A stretch of 64,000 nt of DNA from the NCBI RefSeq assembly GCF_018977255.1, contig NW_024704742.1, positions 48,114,001-48,178,000 on the forward strand, written 5' to 3'. Numbering within the stretch: position 1 is the first letter of the stretch; every line of letters begins with the position of its first letter. A program made the position numbers and the translations under genes. The notes beneath the pieces are model-generated. The model was not told the origin of the DNA. It did no database searches and worked only from the letters and a program-made list of their open reading frames with translations. Positions 24,637 to 38,839 of this stretch are shown piece by piece. The DNA comes from Callorhinchus milii. Taxonomy: Eukaryota.

Positions 24637-25994
24637 TCTGCAGGCTGTGGAGGGAGGAGTTGGGAAGGCCGACAAGCAGGGCATTTGCATAGTCGAGCCT
24701 GGAGGTGATGAAGGCATGAACAAGAGTTTCAGTGGCCTGAGGGGTGAGGTAGTGGCGGAGTCGGGCAATGTTACGGAGGTGAGGGAAGGCAGAGCGGGTC
24801 ATGGCTTGAATGTGGGGAAAAAAAGGCAGTTGAGGGTCGAATAAGACACCTTGGTTCCTGACTGGCTGGTGAGTTGAAGTGTGCAACCATGGAGGTTGAT
24901 GTTGCCAGAGCCTGAGGTGCTGAGGCGCTGACGTGAGCCGATCAGGAGGGCCTCAGTCTTGTTCACATTCAACTGTAGGAAATTTGCCCTCATTCAGGAC
25001 TTGATGTCCGACAGACAGTTTGTCAGGACAGCAGTGGTCCTGGAGTTGAGGGTGGAGGCAGAAAGATAGAGTTGGGTGTCATCCGCATACATGTGGAAGT
25101 TGACCCCATGTCCGCGGATGATATCACCAAGGGGGAGCATGTAGATATTAAAGAGGAGAGGGCCAAGGACAAAGCCCGGGGGACGCCAGATGTGACAGTG
25201 CGGAGACTGGAGGAGAAACCGTTAGAGACACACACACTGAGCCGGGCTGACACACACAGGTACCCACACAGTCACACAGACACATACACACAAAAAGACA
25301 TACACATACAGACAGACCCACAGACGCACACACTCCGCGCCCCCATCCCCCAGGCTCCGCCACTTTTAAGGCTCTGAGATGCTACCCTGCGAGCAGGGTG
25401 CTATAATAAGTGCAAGTTGTTGCTGTAACCCAGTCTGATGGCAGCATCATGTGAAGAAACCCAAAAATGCCATTTCTCTGCTCGCAAACAGTATTCACCC
25501 ACAAAATACACAATCCACTTAGCAATATATTATGTGAAGCGCTTTGAGACGTCTCAACTACATGATAAAGTACCATGATAAATGCAAGAATTATTTTTTT
25601 TCATGTTATTCAGGCATGAGGAGATATTTTGGCCCAACCAGCCCTCTGAGAGGCAGGAGAATGTGTCTGATCAGATTGTGGAGAGCCAGCATACAAACAA
25701 TGACCTACTTCTGTGGTGTAATATTCTAATCCTCTATGGTTTTATTGTGGTGCAAGTTATGTGTCTTGATATTGACAAGGTAGCAAGAGTTTTACGGTTC
25801 GTTGCCCCATATCCATTCTTCATCTGAGTGTCAATTTACAAGTACTTTGAGGTTTTCTCCCAATGCGAAAGGCACTCTACACACGTAAATTATATTTTAT
25901 TGTATCTATCCACGAGTGCAATAACAGCAAATGGACTATTGAATGCAATAAAGATTTAAGAGTTAATATTTCTTGCTTCATCCTCAGAACACTC

Positions 25995-27760
25995 TGCACA
26001 CATCATAGGAGTAGGCTATTTAGATAGCTTGTACAGCATAGGGACAAGCAATTCTGCTCAATGTTTATACTCCACAGGATTCTCTATCCATTCCTTAATC
26101 CTATAGCTCAGTGGTTAGAGCACTCGCTTTGCAAGCGAGAGACCTGGGTTCGATTCCCTGCAGGGCGAAACCTTGGGCAAGTTTCCTTACTCCACACGCC
26201 TGATAATAATCCCTCAAGAAAAAACAATAATAAAATTGGTCACTTCAATCCACGACTGTTTTTGGGACACTGCTGTGCGCAATTGGTTGCCGAGTTTCAC
26301 CCACAAATATAAATTCAATTCACTTTACATTATATTCTGTGAAGCGCTTTGAGACGTTAAGAAGAGGTGAAATGCGCTATGTCAAATGAAAGGATTATTA
26401 TTATTTTTAATCCCGCCCATATCCTTCTATTAAGCCCCGTCCCCCCCAAAAAAAATTCCCTTCTCCCTCTTAAAAGCATTCACTTTAAAAGCATCTATAC
26501 TATCTGATTCAACCACTTTGGGTAGTGAGTTCTGCATTCTCAGCACTGTCTGCTTGAAGTAGTTACTCTTAAATTCTCTTTTAATTCCCCTAATCGCTAT
26601 CTTACACATTTGTCCACGGATTATGAACTCACCAAGAAGTGGGAACAGCCTATTTATGTCAAACCCTTTTAGAATTTTGAACACCTCTACAATTTATGCA
26701 CATGGTGAACAGAAGGTGATCCCAACATGGATCCAGGTGGAACATCAATTCCTAACCCTTGCATTTCCCTTGTCTACTTTATTGGTTACATGAATTTAAT
26801 AAGGTTCATAAACATAACCTCCCTTTCGTAAATCCATTCTGGCTGCTTTTAATTGTATCCTCCTTCCCCAGATGACTAATTACTTCATCCTTTATTATGA
26901 ATTCCAATACCTTGCCCACAACTAATGTTAAACCTAACTGACCTATAGTTTCCTGGATTAGCTCTAACTAGATATTACCAGTCAGCTATCACAATTCCTT
27001 TCTCTACAGAGTTCTTAAATATAGATACTAAAGCCTCAGCTATCTCCTCTCTGGTTTCCTTAAGGATCCTTGGGTGCAATCCATCAGGCCAAGTCTTGTG
27101 CAATTTATCTGGTATTTCCTTTCTCCCTATGTTGTGATTTTACACCCTGCCACATCTGTTCTTATATGCCATATGTTCTTACCAAATCTTCCTTATTTGC
27201 TTATTTTCCGTATCCTTTGTGAAAACTGAGGGAAAGTATTCATTTAAGATTTTCAACATTTCCTTATTATCTGCTGTCAGCTCTTCTCTCCTTAATGATT
27301 GCTAATTTAACCATTCATTTATTCTTAACATGACTACAGAACACCTTGCTATTTCATTTTTTGCTGTATTCTCCTTAAATGTTCTTCTTTTCCTGCCTAA
27401 TTGTCTTTTTAACCTTTTTCATGTTTGATGTATTCATTTCTGTTTACCTCTCCATTATCTATGCTGATCATTTTATAATGCTATTTTCTTAGCTCAAATT
27501 TAGTCTTCACCTCCTTGTTAATCCATGGCATCCCATTATTAGTTGATATAATATTAATTTAATATTAATTAATATTATATCCCATTAATATCCCATTATT
27601 TGGTTATATACATATACATAATTTCTTAATGGAATTTATTTCTGCTGCACCTTTTCTATCTTGTGCTTAAAAATCTTCAATTGTTGCTCAACGTTTTTGT
27701 TTGCCAATTATTTCCTCTTGTCTAGTGCAGTTAGTTCATTCCCCTTGGTTACTGTATGAT
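25995..27760 (-). mobile_element. Degraded CR1 fragments (split by the SINE at 26098)
   Basis: FKILKGFD..LFPL..NSLPKVVESDSIDAFK; upstream ORF2 remnants (PGNYRSV-like). Confidence 0.7.
26098..26405 (+). mobile_element. SINE family A, full length, inserted in a CR1 3' end
   Basis: A-box TAGCTCAGTGG, B-box GGTTCGATTCC, (ATT)n tail; TTAATC on both flanks. Confidence 0.92.
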
Positions 27761-27922
27761 TTGTCCAATCATCGATAGCATAATTATTCCCTGATCTCTA
27801 AAGCTAAGATTAAGAATATCCATCGTCATATATCTATTAATTCACTTCATGGCTGAAATGAAAGGAGATTAGACTGATGCTTGAATATGCAAAATATTAA
27901 CAAAAACAATTTGCATTTATAT

Positions 27923-28268
27923 GGGTTTCCGTAGCTTAGTGGTTAGGGTGCTACCCTCACGAGAGGACCCGGGATCAATTCCCGGGCAGGGTGAAACCTT
28001 ACTCCGTAGGCCTCTGTTTACCCAGCAGGAAGTAGGAACCCGGCTGTTAGTTGATTGGCAGATCACTTTCCAGGGCTAATAACCTCTACAAAAGAAACAA
28101 TTTGGTCACTCAATTCAAGACATTTTGGCTGTGCGTAATTGGCTGCCATGTTTCGCCCACGAAATACACAGTCAATCCACTTTGCAATATATTCTGTGAA
28201 GCGCTTTGGGACATCTCAACAACATGATAAGGCATTATATCAAATGCACGTATTTTTATTATTATTAT
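27923..28268 (+). mobile_element. SINE family A, long form
   Basis: Diverged tRNA head, long internal segment, shared tail; TTATAT on both flanks. Confidence 0.85.
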
Positions 28269-31029
28269 ATAGTGCCCTTCATCTAGTGTAGCATCTCAGA
28301 GCGCTTGGGTTTGGGGAGAGAGTAAGGAAAATGGGTATCTCAGGTATTGAAAAACACCAGCGCAGAGTTGATAGGCGAAGTTGTCTTATTTACTATAATA
28401 TTCTATGGAAGAGAAATGTAATGTTTCATAACAGATTGGATATGATAATTATCTGCTATGAAATATTGCATTGTTTACCTGTTCCTAAAGAACAATGCCT
28501 GAGGTGTAAAACCCGCTTACTTGACTTTAGCACAATTGCTGGGCTGGAAGATTTCGGTTACAAGCCCGACATTGTTGTTTTTGATTGCTGATTGTGGCAT
28601 TTTTGAACAGCTTTATGGGATACTGGTTTACCACAATGAGTACCTGTGAAAAAATGCCAGCTCTGCAGTTTGAAATTGAGACTGCTAAAAAAATGAATAT
28701 TTATATGAAATAAGCTTTGGATCCGATCATCAGGCCAAAGTCAATGTGACAACTTTAGGAACAGATGGAAAACTGTAGTGTTTTCAAGGAGACCATTCTG
28801 AAACATTGCATTTTTCACCTCTATGACTCAATGAATGAGATTTCCAAATCANCCCCCCACTTAATTAATAATAATAATAATCCTTGTATTTGATATAGAG
28901 CCTTCCATGTCTCAAATCACTTGACAGGATTTTACTGTAAAGTGTAATGTGGATGATTTTTAGCAGCTAATTCAGCACAGCAAAGTCCCACAAACAGCTA
29001 TGAAGTGAAAAAGAGCCTTGAAGTGAAATAGTAGATATCTGAGGATGCAAAAATGTAACAGAGAATAAAATGATTTGCACAAAGAATAATCTGAAGCTTT
29101 CCTTGTAAAACTTTAGAGATCAGGAAATATTAATATATAAATTACGCACAGAATCCAGGATAGGATACTTCGCACATTCATTGAAAAGAACAGGCTTAAT
29201 AAGTCAAAAGGCCCTTTTTTGTTCCTTTCTTATAAATACATTAACTCATTTATAATTAACCTGAAAATAATGTTGGTTATTCCTTTAATTCTGTAAGGTA
29301 GAAGCAGCACATTCGCTATAGTACACTAATAAGATAGTAATATATGGTAATATATATATACACTATAGAAATAGTTCACTAAAGTACATAATGTATAACA
29401 ATTCATCTATTTAATTTTACAGCTAGCATATCTGCATATTCATGATACAATTACCTAGTTGTTCGAGGGAGAGTGGGGGGAATAGAAGCATTTGTGACAC
29501 TGCCAACATCTAAGGGACGCTCCTGGGAGAAGGGAGGGGGAATTGTTTAGACCCTATCTCAAATACAACAAATTTGTGGGGTTCCCTATATTGATACGGT
29601 ATTACAAAACAGTGTTAGAAATGTCACACAGGGTATATTCTCAGAATTCCCTTTTTATTTGCAAAATAAGTGAGTCTTGCACCATCCTTATTACAAAACG
29701 TTGCCTTTGAATGAATGTGCGTCAGACATGTACAGAGATGCACAGTTCTGTGGAATGAGGAATCAAGTCAACAAGAGCTCACCACTCAAAAGTTTAATTG
29801 TGAAAGTGTTTTCATCTACAGTTTCCATTCAACATAGGCTGGGAATTTTTTTCCAGAGGATCACATGAATATTTAATTATGATCTGTGGCTTAGCGCAGC
29901 TCATGTATAAATGTTAAGAATTCATACTGTTCGTGCAACATCAGTGAACCAAACTGGCTGACCACAGAGGGAGATGCTTGTCTTATACAGGAAACACCTG
30001 CTACACTCTTTAGCTCAGAGAAGAAACTGTCAAGATTACAGTACTTTGGAAATGTAAAAGAGAATAAAATGGTTTGCACAAAGAATAATGATTGCTTTGG
30101 GTAAGCATTGCTAAGGTAGAACACAGAAAGAACGTATTAATAGCTGGATGAAAATATGAACAATGAGTCATTTTTTAACCCGGTTACTTTTTCTTTTCCT
30201 GACGATAAAAAATGATCTCTTCTTTTAAGTGGTGTAATTTAGGAATGTTGCAGAATTGACAAGCAAAGATCAATGAGATCAATCCAATCTGAGGAGACAT
30301 AAGGGACTAATATTTTATGATTTGTAAAAGCATTTAGAAATCTTGAATCCGACATTCACAATGTGTCTCATACTGACCCTGACCCCCCCCACCCACATCT
30401 CAGAGTGTTTACCAGTGGCAGAACCTAACGCCAAGCTGGGGCAGGCGCTGTCATTATGAAGCGCTTCGAGACATTGTCCTGCGTGAAGGGTGGGGCAGTA
30501 TCATCAATTACTACATTTTACAGAAATTTCCTGTGAAGCTCTATGAAATGTTTCGACATTATAGGATTGTAATTATTATGATTAGAAATTAAGACTGAAT
30601 GTGAGTATTCCCTAAAATTATGCATGATTTAATCTGAAATATTAAAAAGAATTTTGAAGCCTAAGAACAGTTAGAGATTTGTCGGCTCTGAAATCAATCC
30701 ATTGGGAAGATCTGACACACAAGTGATGATTAATCTGTTCATTGGATAAATTGCATATCAATTGATGTCTTCTCTATTTAAGTTATATATGTAATAGAGA
30801 CAAACCATAATAATAATCCTTGTATTTGATATACCTCATTATCATGTCATTGAGACGTCTCAAAGCACATTACAGAATATATTCTAAAATGTAGTGACTG
30901 TGTATTTAGTCATGAATTGAGTGAGTGACCAACAACAACAATAATAACAAATTACATTTGTATAGTGGCTTTCACGTCAGGAGGACGGAGCCTTGAGGGA
31001 GCCCTGGTCACAGGTGGACAAAATGTAAT

Positions 31030-32255
31030 TTGTCACTTTAACAGAGGCTGTTTCTGTACTGTGGGCGGCACGGAAACCTGATTGGAGTCGTTTGTATAGG
31101 GAGTGGCAGGAGAGCAAGGAGCGAAGCTGGGAAGCAATGACTTGTTCAGTTATCTTGGAAAAGAATGGGAGATTGGAGATGGGGCGGCAGTTAGTGTGCA
31201 GGGATGGGTTCAGGGAAGATTTTTTGAGGATAGGGGTGATGGCGGCTGTTTTTAAGGGGGTGGGAATGTGCCATTGGACAGGGAGAGGTTGATGAGGTCT
31301 TTGAGGAGGTGGAGCTGGGAGGTAAGGAGAGAGGTAGGAATGGGGTCGAGGGAGCAGGCGGTCGGTTTCATGCGGGTTATAGTGATGGTGAGAGAGGAGG
31401 GGGAGACAGATTCGAAGGTGTGGAGGAAGGGATGGGTAAAGGCCGGAGGATGAGAGGAGGTAGGGAGGGGGAAGTGGTTGGGAGGTCTGAAGTGGCTGAT
31501 CAGATCCCCTCGATTTTATTCTCGAGGAAATCCAGCATCTCCTTGCAGTTGGCGTTGGATGGTGGAAGCATGAGAGAATAGTCGGAGGAGATGGTTGGTG
31601 GTGGAGAAGAGGAGCCTGGGGTTGTCCTTGGCCTCCAAGATTATCTTGGAGCAGAAGGATGATTTAGCAGAGGCGAGGGCAGAGAGGTAAGTTTTGATGT
31701 TGCCCAGCCAGATCTGCCGATGGACCATTAAATCAGATTTGAGCAAGGTGCATTCAGCGGCACGCACCTGTGTCTTGAGAGTGTGGAGGTGGCTGGTGTA
31801 CATGGGGAACTTGCGTGATTAGGAGACGGTTCGGGAAGTGAGGGGAGCAAGGACATTGAGAGTGGTGGAGAGAGAGTTGTGGAAGAGAGTGACCAGAAGG
31901 ATAGGTCATTGCCGAAGGAAGCCCAAAGGGGGAGAAGTTCAGATGACTCCTGGGCAGCGGAAAGGGACGAGTGGGGGGAGANTTTTTTCCAGGGGCAGTA
32001 GGAAATTGAAGTGGGTTGGATGGCGGTGGGGAGAGGTTGAGGAGTTAAGGTAGATGAAGTAATGGTCCGAGATGGCTTTGTTGGTGATGTGATGTCTGAG
32101 ACTCTGAGGCCCCGGATAATCACCAGATCAAAAGGGTGGCCGTGGACGTGGATAGCAGAGTGGATGCGGAGGGAGAGGTTGTGAGAGGAGCGGACTGAGG
32201 AGAAGTCAGCGGAGATAGAGCAAGAGTGGGTGAAGTGCAGGTAGAAGTCGCCTAC
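31030..32255 (-). mobile_element. Degraded L2 ORF2 fragment (endonuclease end to RT start)
   Basis: YLSALASAKSSFCSKIILEAKDNPRLLFSTTNHLL; purine-rich plus strand typical of antisense L2. Confidence 0.85.
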
Positions 32256-35200
32256 AAGTAAATAATTTTACCCCCGGAAAGCGATCCGTCAATCGACTAA
32301 GCAACAGGGTTCCTAGTTGTTGTTGGTAAACGAAGGTGTGTGGAGTAAGGAAACTTGCCTTAGGAAAATAGATGGTAATTGAAAACAAAGCAAGTTTATT
32401 GTGCAACTTAGTAATTCTGTATCATAACAGCATGGATTATTTCTGTAGTTGTTATTACCATTGTGAGTATTTACTGGGTAACACGTGATTTCTGCAGTGC
32501 ATGGTTGAAAGGCACACAGCTGGTTAAACAGCGAAAATCGTATATTACGCCCATATTCACAGAAAAAATAGGCCTTTAAAGCTGCACATTATGGTCATTG
32601 TCTCATGGACTAAACAATACACGCTTGGTATGAATTAATAATTCTTTGTCCTCCAAGTTACAAATTGTGCATTTGACTCTTATGATACCAAATTTAAAAA
32701 ATCCTTGCATTTGTGTAGCACCTTTCATGTTGGGAGGATGGTCCAAAGTGCTTCACAGGATTCACTGTGAAAAGTTGCGACTATGTATTTATAGGAGAAC
32801 GTGGCAACCCAATTGGTCACAACAATGTCCTTCAAACAGCCATGAAATGAATGACCACTTTTATTTGGGGGATAGAAATGGTAGCGGAAATGCAGTATCT
32901 GTACTAACTAATGGAGCACTTTAATCATGAACATTTATTGTTGGATTAGAAAAATCATCAGGGAACGATTTGAAAAAAAAGCAAAACCATTAATAACAAA
33001 CATTAAAAAAAAACACTGATGATATAGACACTATCGCCCTCAGAGTGTTCATGCGTTTTCATAAAACAAGTTCCTCTTATTGAGCTGGTTGGCGACACAG
33101 CTTCTGCATTCAAATGGTCCCTGCTGTTTTTCTTGGTTAGCATTTAAACAAACTGGCTGTGTCCATTGTTGAACTAACCAGTTTGTAATCTGTGGTCTGA
33201 GAAAGGAAGTGAGTTTTAGATTAACAATAATGTATGCAATATCTGTGAGAGGAATCCTCTGCCGTTCGTGGACTACAGGATGGGATTGTCAGTTTGCAGG
33301 ACAAGATCTTAGCCCTGACTTGTTTATTGCTGGCACGTCCACTGGCTGTCACTGGCAACTTTGGGCCCAATCATTAAGACAGGTTCGGGGAGTGGGGAGT
33401 TTACGCTCACTCTCTGTCCTCAGTTATTGACTGGCTATCAATAATGCGATAATGATCACCGGTGACAATTAACACATCACAATTTGTACCCCACCACTTC
33501 AAAATCATTCATTCGTAGAAAAGCAAGTCCTTAAAATGGCTAATGAGCGCTCAGATATTTTCTGAGCTTTTGTGTATATAAATGTTATTTTACACACTGG
33601 ACATATAAATTCTATACCTGTACTGTGTGGCCCTAAATGTACCATGACTGATCCAGATATGTAAAATATATGAGTCTTGTGTGAATTATATAACAATATA
33701 ATAAGACATATATGCATAATATTATGCATAATAATATGTCAGATGTATAAATTTGCAGTTAACAATTAAAATGGTAAAAATTATACGTTTTATTTCAGCT
33801 TTCCAATTAAATAGGATAAACATTCGAGGTGAAGTGACTTTAATATTTAAAACATCTCTATTTACATGGTGAAATATGTTGATAGAACAGAATTATAATA
33901 GAATTAGAAAAAGTAGTGACCATAGTATCTTTCTAGCCTGTTCAGCTCTGACGGAAGCCAGTCAGTCAAACCCACTATTAGTAAAGCTTTTGAGCTTATC
34001 TGCTTTCCTGATCTGTGGTATTTGTGTCGTGTGGGAACATCTGTGTGCTTTCTGGCAGTTGAGCAAATGGTAGATAAAAAGCTTTAATTGTACAACAAGA
34101 TCCATTTACAGCACCGATCTTATTGCAAAACATATGAATGATAATTGCGACACTTTTTTTTATATCCGTAAGCAGATACAAGAGGCATTATCTAAATTTT
34201 TTAAAAAAAGGTTTTTTGGTCATCTTCCCAAAACACCCCCCTTTGGCCCCCACTACTCCCTTCCCAAATCCACCCCAGCTCGGGTGCAAACCCTCAACTG
34301 TCTAGCGCTTTGGGACGTCCTCCAGATGTGAAAGACGCTATATAAATGCAATTTGTTGTTGTTGAACTTTAGCTTCTCTGCATATAAATCGTGGTAGATA
34401 GCAATAATAACAACCTGTATTTATATAGCGCCTTTCTCACGGGATAGTATCTCGAAGCTCTGACCTCATAGCATCACGTTCTCCCAATGTGAAAGGTGCT
34501 ATACAAATGTAATTTGTTGTTGATACCGAGCCTTGGATATATAAAAAACTGGCAGAACAAAACAAGGAGTGCATTCAATGAAGCACAATAATTTGTTTCG
34601 AATGTAGTAAATTGATATTGCTGAGGGAGGGAGGAAATGTGCTCGACAGGCCTCTGAATGTAAACACATTGTTTAAGATTTAAGATTTTGTTCTTTAAGA
34701 TTTGATGCTGAGCTTTGTCTGGGTGTTTGTGAAAAGAAAAAGCACAAAATGGAGAGAAAACACAACCTACTATTTCCTTTAGATATCAGAATAGCAATTT
34801 GTCACTCCTGTCCAACCATGTTACAGACATAGGCACCAGGATCAGAGGATATCAGAGAGATAGAGAGGTGACAGTGAGTGGATGGATTTATAGGTGAGAG
34901 TGAAGATCTTGAAATTGATCCACTGGGAGAATACTGAGAGTTCCACGTGCGTATGACTGGTATAAAGCATTGTCATTAGTTAAAACCATAGAACCATGGA
35001 AATTTACAGCACTGAAGAGGGCCATTCGGCTCATTGTGTCTGTGCTGGCTCTTTTAATGAACAATCCTTTCAGTCCCATAGGATTACTCCTTAAAGGTCT
35101 CCTGGATGTCACTTGAGGAGGTAAAAGTGAGGTCCAACAGTGGCTACACAACGGTGCAAAGTTTTGATTGTGGCTGATAGCCGGGCTGTCGTCTCTCAGC

Positions 35201-37078
35201 AACTTGCAGCCTTAAGGTTGCCTAATTTCAGCTAACAAGCATGTAGGAGAATTGGCAAAAGAACCAGAGGGGCGACAAGGAGAAGTTTTTTACCCAAAGT
35301 GTTGTTACGGTCTGGAATGCACTGCCTGAAAGGGTGGTGGAATCAGATTCGATAATAGCTTTCAAAAGGGAATTGGTTAGACGCTTAAAAGGGAAAAATT
35401 TGCAGGGCTGTGGGTAAGAGCGGGGAGTGGGACTAACTGATAGCTCTCTCAAAGAGCCAGCACAGGCACGATGGGCCGAATGGCCTCCTTCTGGGCTATA
35501 AGATTCCATTCTATGAAGTAAGCAGCCAATAGTGAAATGTAACTGGTGCTCCACTGTGATATACTGAGGGACAGAAATATGTTCCATTACTCTCACTTGA
35601 CACAGTAAGGTTTGGCTCTTAGTCATTTCAAATAGATTTTTATTTTACTGGCCTTGGTATGCTGGAGATTGAGAATTAGTGGTGAAAAACTCACTTATTA
35701 CCAGTAACGATTGTAATGTGTCGCATTTTTCACCACTTTAGTTTTAGAAAAATGTCCTCAAATCTCCCTTGGCACAACACAATTTTTTCTCACCTCCATT
35801 CTTCCATAAAATGCACACAGTCACACCACTTTATAGTGAACCACTTTATCCCGTGAAGCGCTTTGAGACGTCTTGACGATGTGATAAGGCATTCTATCAA
35901 ATCCAAGGTTTAATATAATTATTATTATCCTCCGCCTCATGCACACACACACACAAAGAGTGATAAAACGCTTTAAGTAGGGAACATACTGATTGAAACT
36001 GATTTATTATAGTAAATATAGCTATTTATTTTTGTACAGTTTAACAAAATTGCCACTGACCTGAGCACTCGGGTGCCTATTGCCTACGTGACATTCGGTG
36101 TATGATGAGAACAATTTTAAACCTCAGGCTTTAATTCAAATTGCTGATTCCACTTAAAAAGTTAAATTTTCCTGCAAATATCAACTCCATTTCAATAGGA
36201 ATCTAAAATTCATGATGGTTTAATCCATATGTATGAACTCTATTCTGTTAACCTTCCCACTTCAGCTGTGCGGTTAGGACATGAGGTTAAAAGCTGCACT
36301 TTGCATTGTACCACTGTGTGCAGTGCATTAGATGAAACATTGTGCCCACATCGCCCCTCCTACAATGTGAGACAGAAAATCTGTTTTTATGTGGTTTGCT
36401 CATTTACTGTGCAATTATTGAATCTAGTATGAACAATGTGCTAACAGGATCCAAATGAGAACAGAACAACTACAAACTACAAATTGTACATATGAGATTT
36501 TCTTTACCCCTAACAGGCTTTGATTTTTTATCTTCACAATAACAAGTGTGCACAATCATTTGATCCTAACATTTGAGAGTATGCATATGCAAGCTCTTGG
36601 CCTTGTGACATTTCACTTTCAAAATGCGCAGTGACTTTGATAGTGGGTGCTTTGAATGGGATTTTCCAGCTGTATATGCACACTGTCAAAGTCACTGCAC
36701 TTGATGTTCAAGGAAATTCAGTGTACTTTTTCACTGAAAATTGGAATGTTGCGAATTGAAAGCATCACTTTTCATTTTTATCAAATTTGGGTCCGAGTCA
36801 GTGGATCACTAAAGAACACAAGATTGGTTTAGAAGAAAAACGTCCTTCAGTCCATTTGATCTCATCCTCCCACAACACATACCTTACCATGCTTCCATCA
36901 CACATGAAACTATTTTTTAAATGAGTCCAGTGTCTTGTCTTAAACCACCCTTCCTAGTAATCTGTTCCAGTCGTTAATTATCTTGGTTCAATGTAACACT
37001 TGTCTTCTGTCCTGAAATTGCCCTTTGCAATGCAAAACTAAATCCTCTTGTTCTACTTCTTGGTCTATCCTAAAGTAC

Positions 37079-37248
37079 TGTGGAGTCCTGTAGAGTATTT
37101 ATTAGAGAACTTGCCTCCCAAGCGAGAGGACCGTCTTTGATTCTGGGGTAGGGCGAAACTTTAGGCAGGTTTCCTTACTCCAAACGCCTCTGTATATGGA
37201 ACCCGATTGTTAGTCGAATGGCAGATTGCTTTTCTGGGGTAAAAATCC
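37079..37248 (+). mobile_element. SINE family A long form, 5' half
   Basis: TGTGGAGTCCTGTAG head and internal segment. Confidence 0.7.
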
Positions 37249-38334
37249 AAATAGTGAAGTAACTCAACAAAAAAATCAGTTATGATCATATCTGGGAACA
37301 GTGACTCCACTTTGTATGCACAATGTATGTGAAATGGCTGCCCTGGTGCCTTTGGGCCCAACCAATTGAAAGAGAAGACAATTCCACACCTACATTTTGT
37401 CAATGATATGATAATTAACACCGATAGTAATGCACACATTACAATTTTTAACCCATAAAAAGAGACTTTAACTAAGGCAAAACACAGCTTCTCCTTCACT
37501 CATTTCAGCATAAAACAAGAAACCTTTCTGGTTTTACAGACTGGTACACATTGTTTTCAATCTGTATTAATGGACAGCATCACCCTCTGCCAAGCACGTG
37601 AAGTGAATACTAATTAACCAAACCCAGAGATAAAATACACGGCATTCTTTCTAAGCAGAACTATAAACTTTCAACATATGCCACTCAAGCCAGTGTCTCA
37701 CTAATGTACAGTGGATATCACATTGCAAATTCTTATACAACTCTTGAGGAGGTAATTTAATCAATTTTTGTAATGGTATCATCAGGCAGGTAGTGATAAG
37801 ATCTATAGTAAACAAGTAGAAACTGCATTAAGGGAATGAGATAGAAGTGACTTTGTTTTGTTGAAGTGAGAATGTGAGGTTCATTTATAATTCAGTCATC
37901 TCTGCAAAGAGTATCACGTTCTACCATGATTACACTTGTAGAACACCAGGGTGCTACATGCTTAACATCACCGCTACTTATAGTGTCCCTGAGTCTCCAA
38001 CAAAGTTTAATTTCTAACTGAAAAGTTAGAGAATCTTTATTTCATAAGCAGATCTTATAATACAAATAAAGGATAGAGGGAGCATTCTGGGGTCTAAACG
38101 TTCCGAGATACTGTCTGGCGTGAAGGGTGCTATATAAATGCAAGTTGTTATTGTTGTTGTTTGGGATTCACTGCTGTGAGCAATTGGCTGCTATGTTTCG
38201 TCCACAAAATATACATTCAATTGACTTTATGGTATATTCTTTGAAGCGCTTTGAGACGTCTCCAACATGTGATAAGGCGTTATGTCAAATACAAGGATTA
38301 TTATTATTAGAAGACTAAATGGCACATATGGATC

Positions 38335-38740
38335 CAGATTTGGAGCAAGTGCACCATAGATTTACTAAGATATTCCCAGCGATAGGAGGCTACAGCTATC
38401 AAGAAAGATTGGGCAATTTAGAGCTTTTATCTCTGGAGATGAGATGTTTGAGAGGGCACCTGATAAAGGTGTTTAAAATTATGAAACTGTTTGATAAACT
38501 GAACAAAAATGAGCTGTTTCCTCTTGTTGGCGAGTCCATTACAAGGGGAATAAATATAAGATAGCCACTAGCAGATCTAAAGGAGAGTTTAGGAGGAACC
38601 TCTTTACATAACAGGTAGAGAGAATGAGAACTCACTGTCAGACACTATGGTTCAAGCAGAAAGCAGCAATGTATTTAAGAGAAAATTGATATATACAAGA
38701 GGGAGAACGGAATAGAGGGTCATTAGGAATTAGGTGGGTG
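38335..38740 (+). mobile_element. CR1 ORF2 C-terminal fragment
   Basis: LEQVHHRFTKIFPAIGGYSYQERLGNLELLSLEMRCLRGHLIKVFKIMK. Confidence 0.85.
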
Positions 38741-38839
38741 AAATCAATAGGGTGAAATCTGCAATAATTATTGCATGTGAATTGTTAAGAAATGTTGCAA
38801 ATTATACTTCTCACTCAGGACAGACAAAGCTGAGGGCAA

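Larger units (their letters stand above)
23695..25225 (-). mobile_element. L2-clade LINE, 3' part (RT with YADD to (TTG)n tail), interrupted by two SINEs
   Basis: Minus translation [82 protein letters not shown]. Confidence 0.93.

Noticed and set aside
23775..24844. ~200-aa ORFs on both strands
   Set aside because: Chimeric read-through of SINE and L2 sequence; not host genes.
28852..31982. Single N bases at 28852 and 31982
   Set aside because: Assembly ambiguities, not biology.
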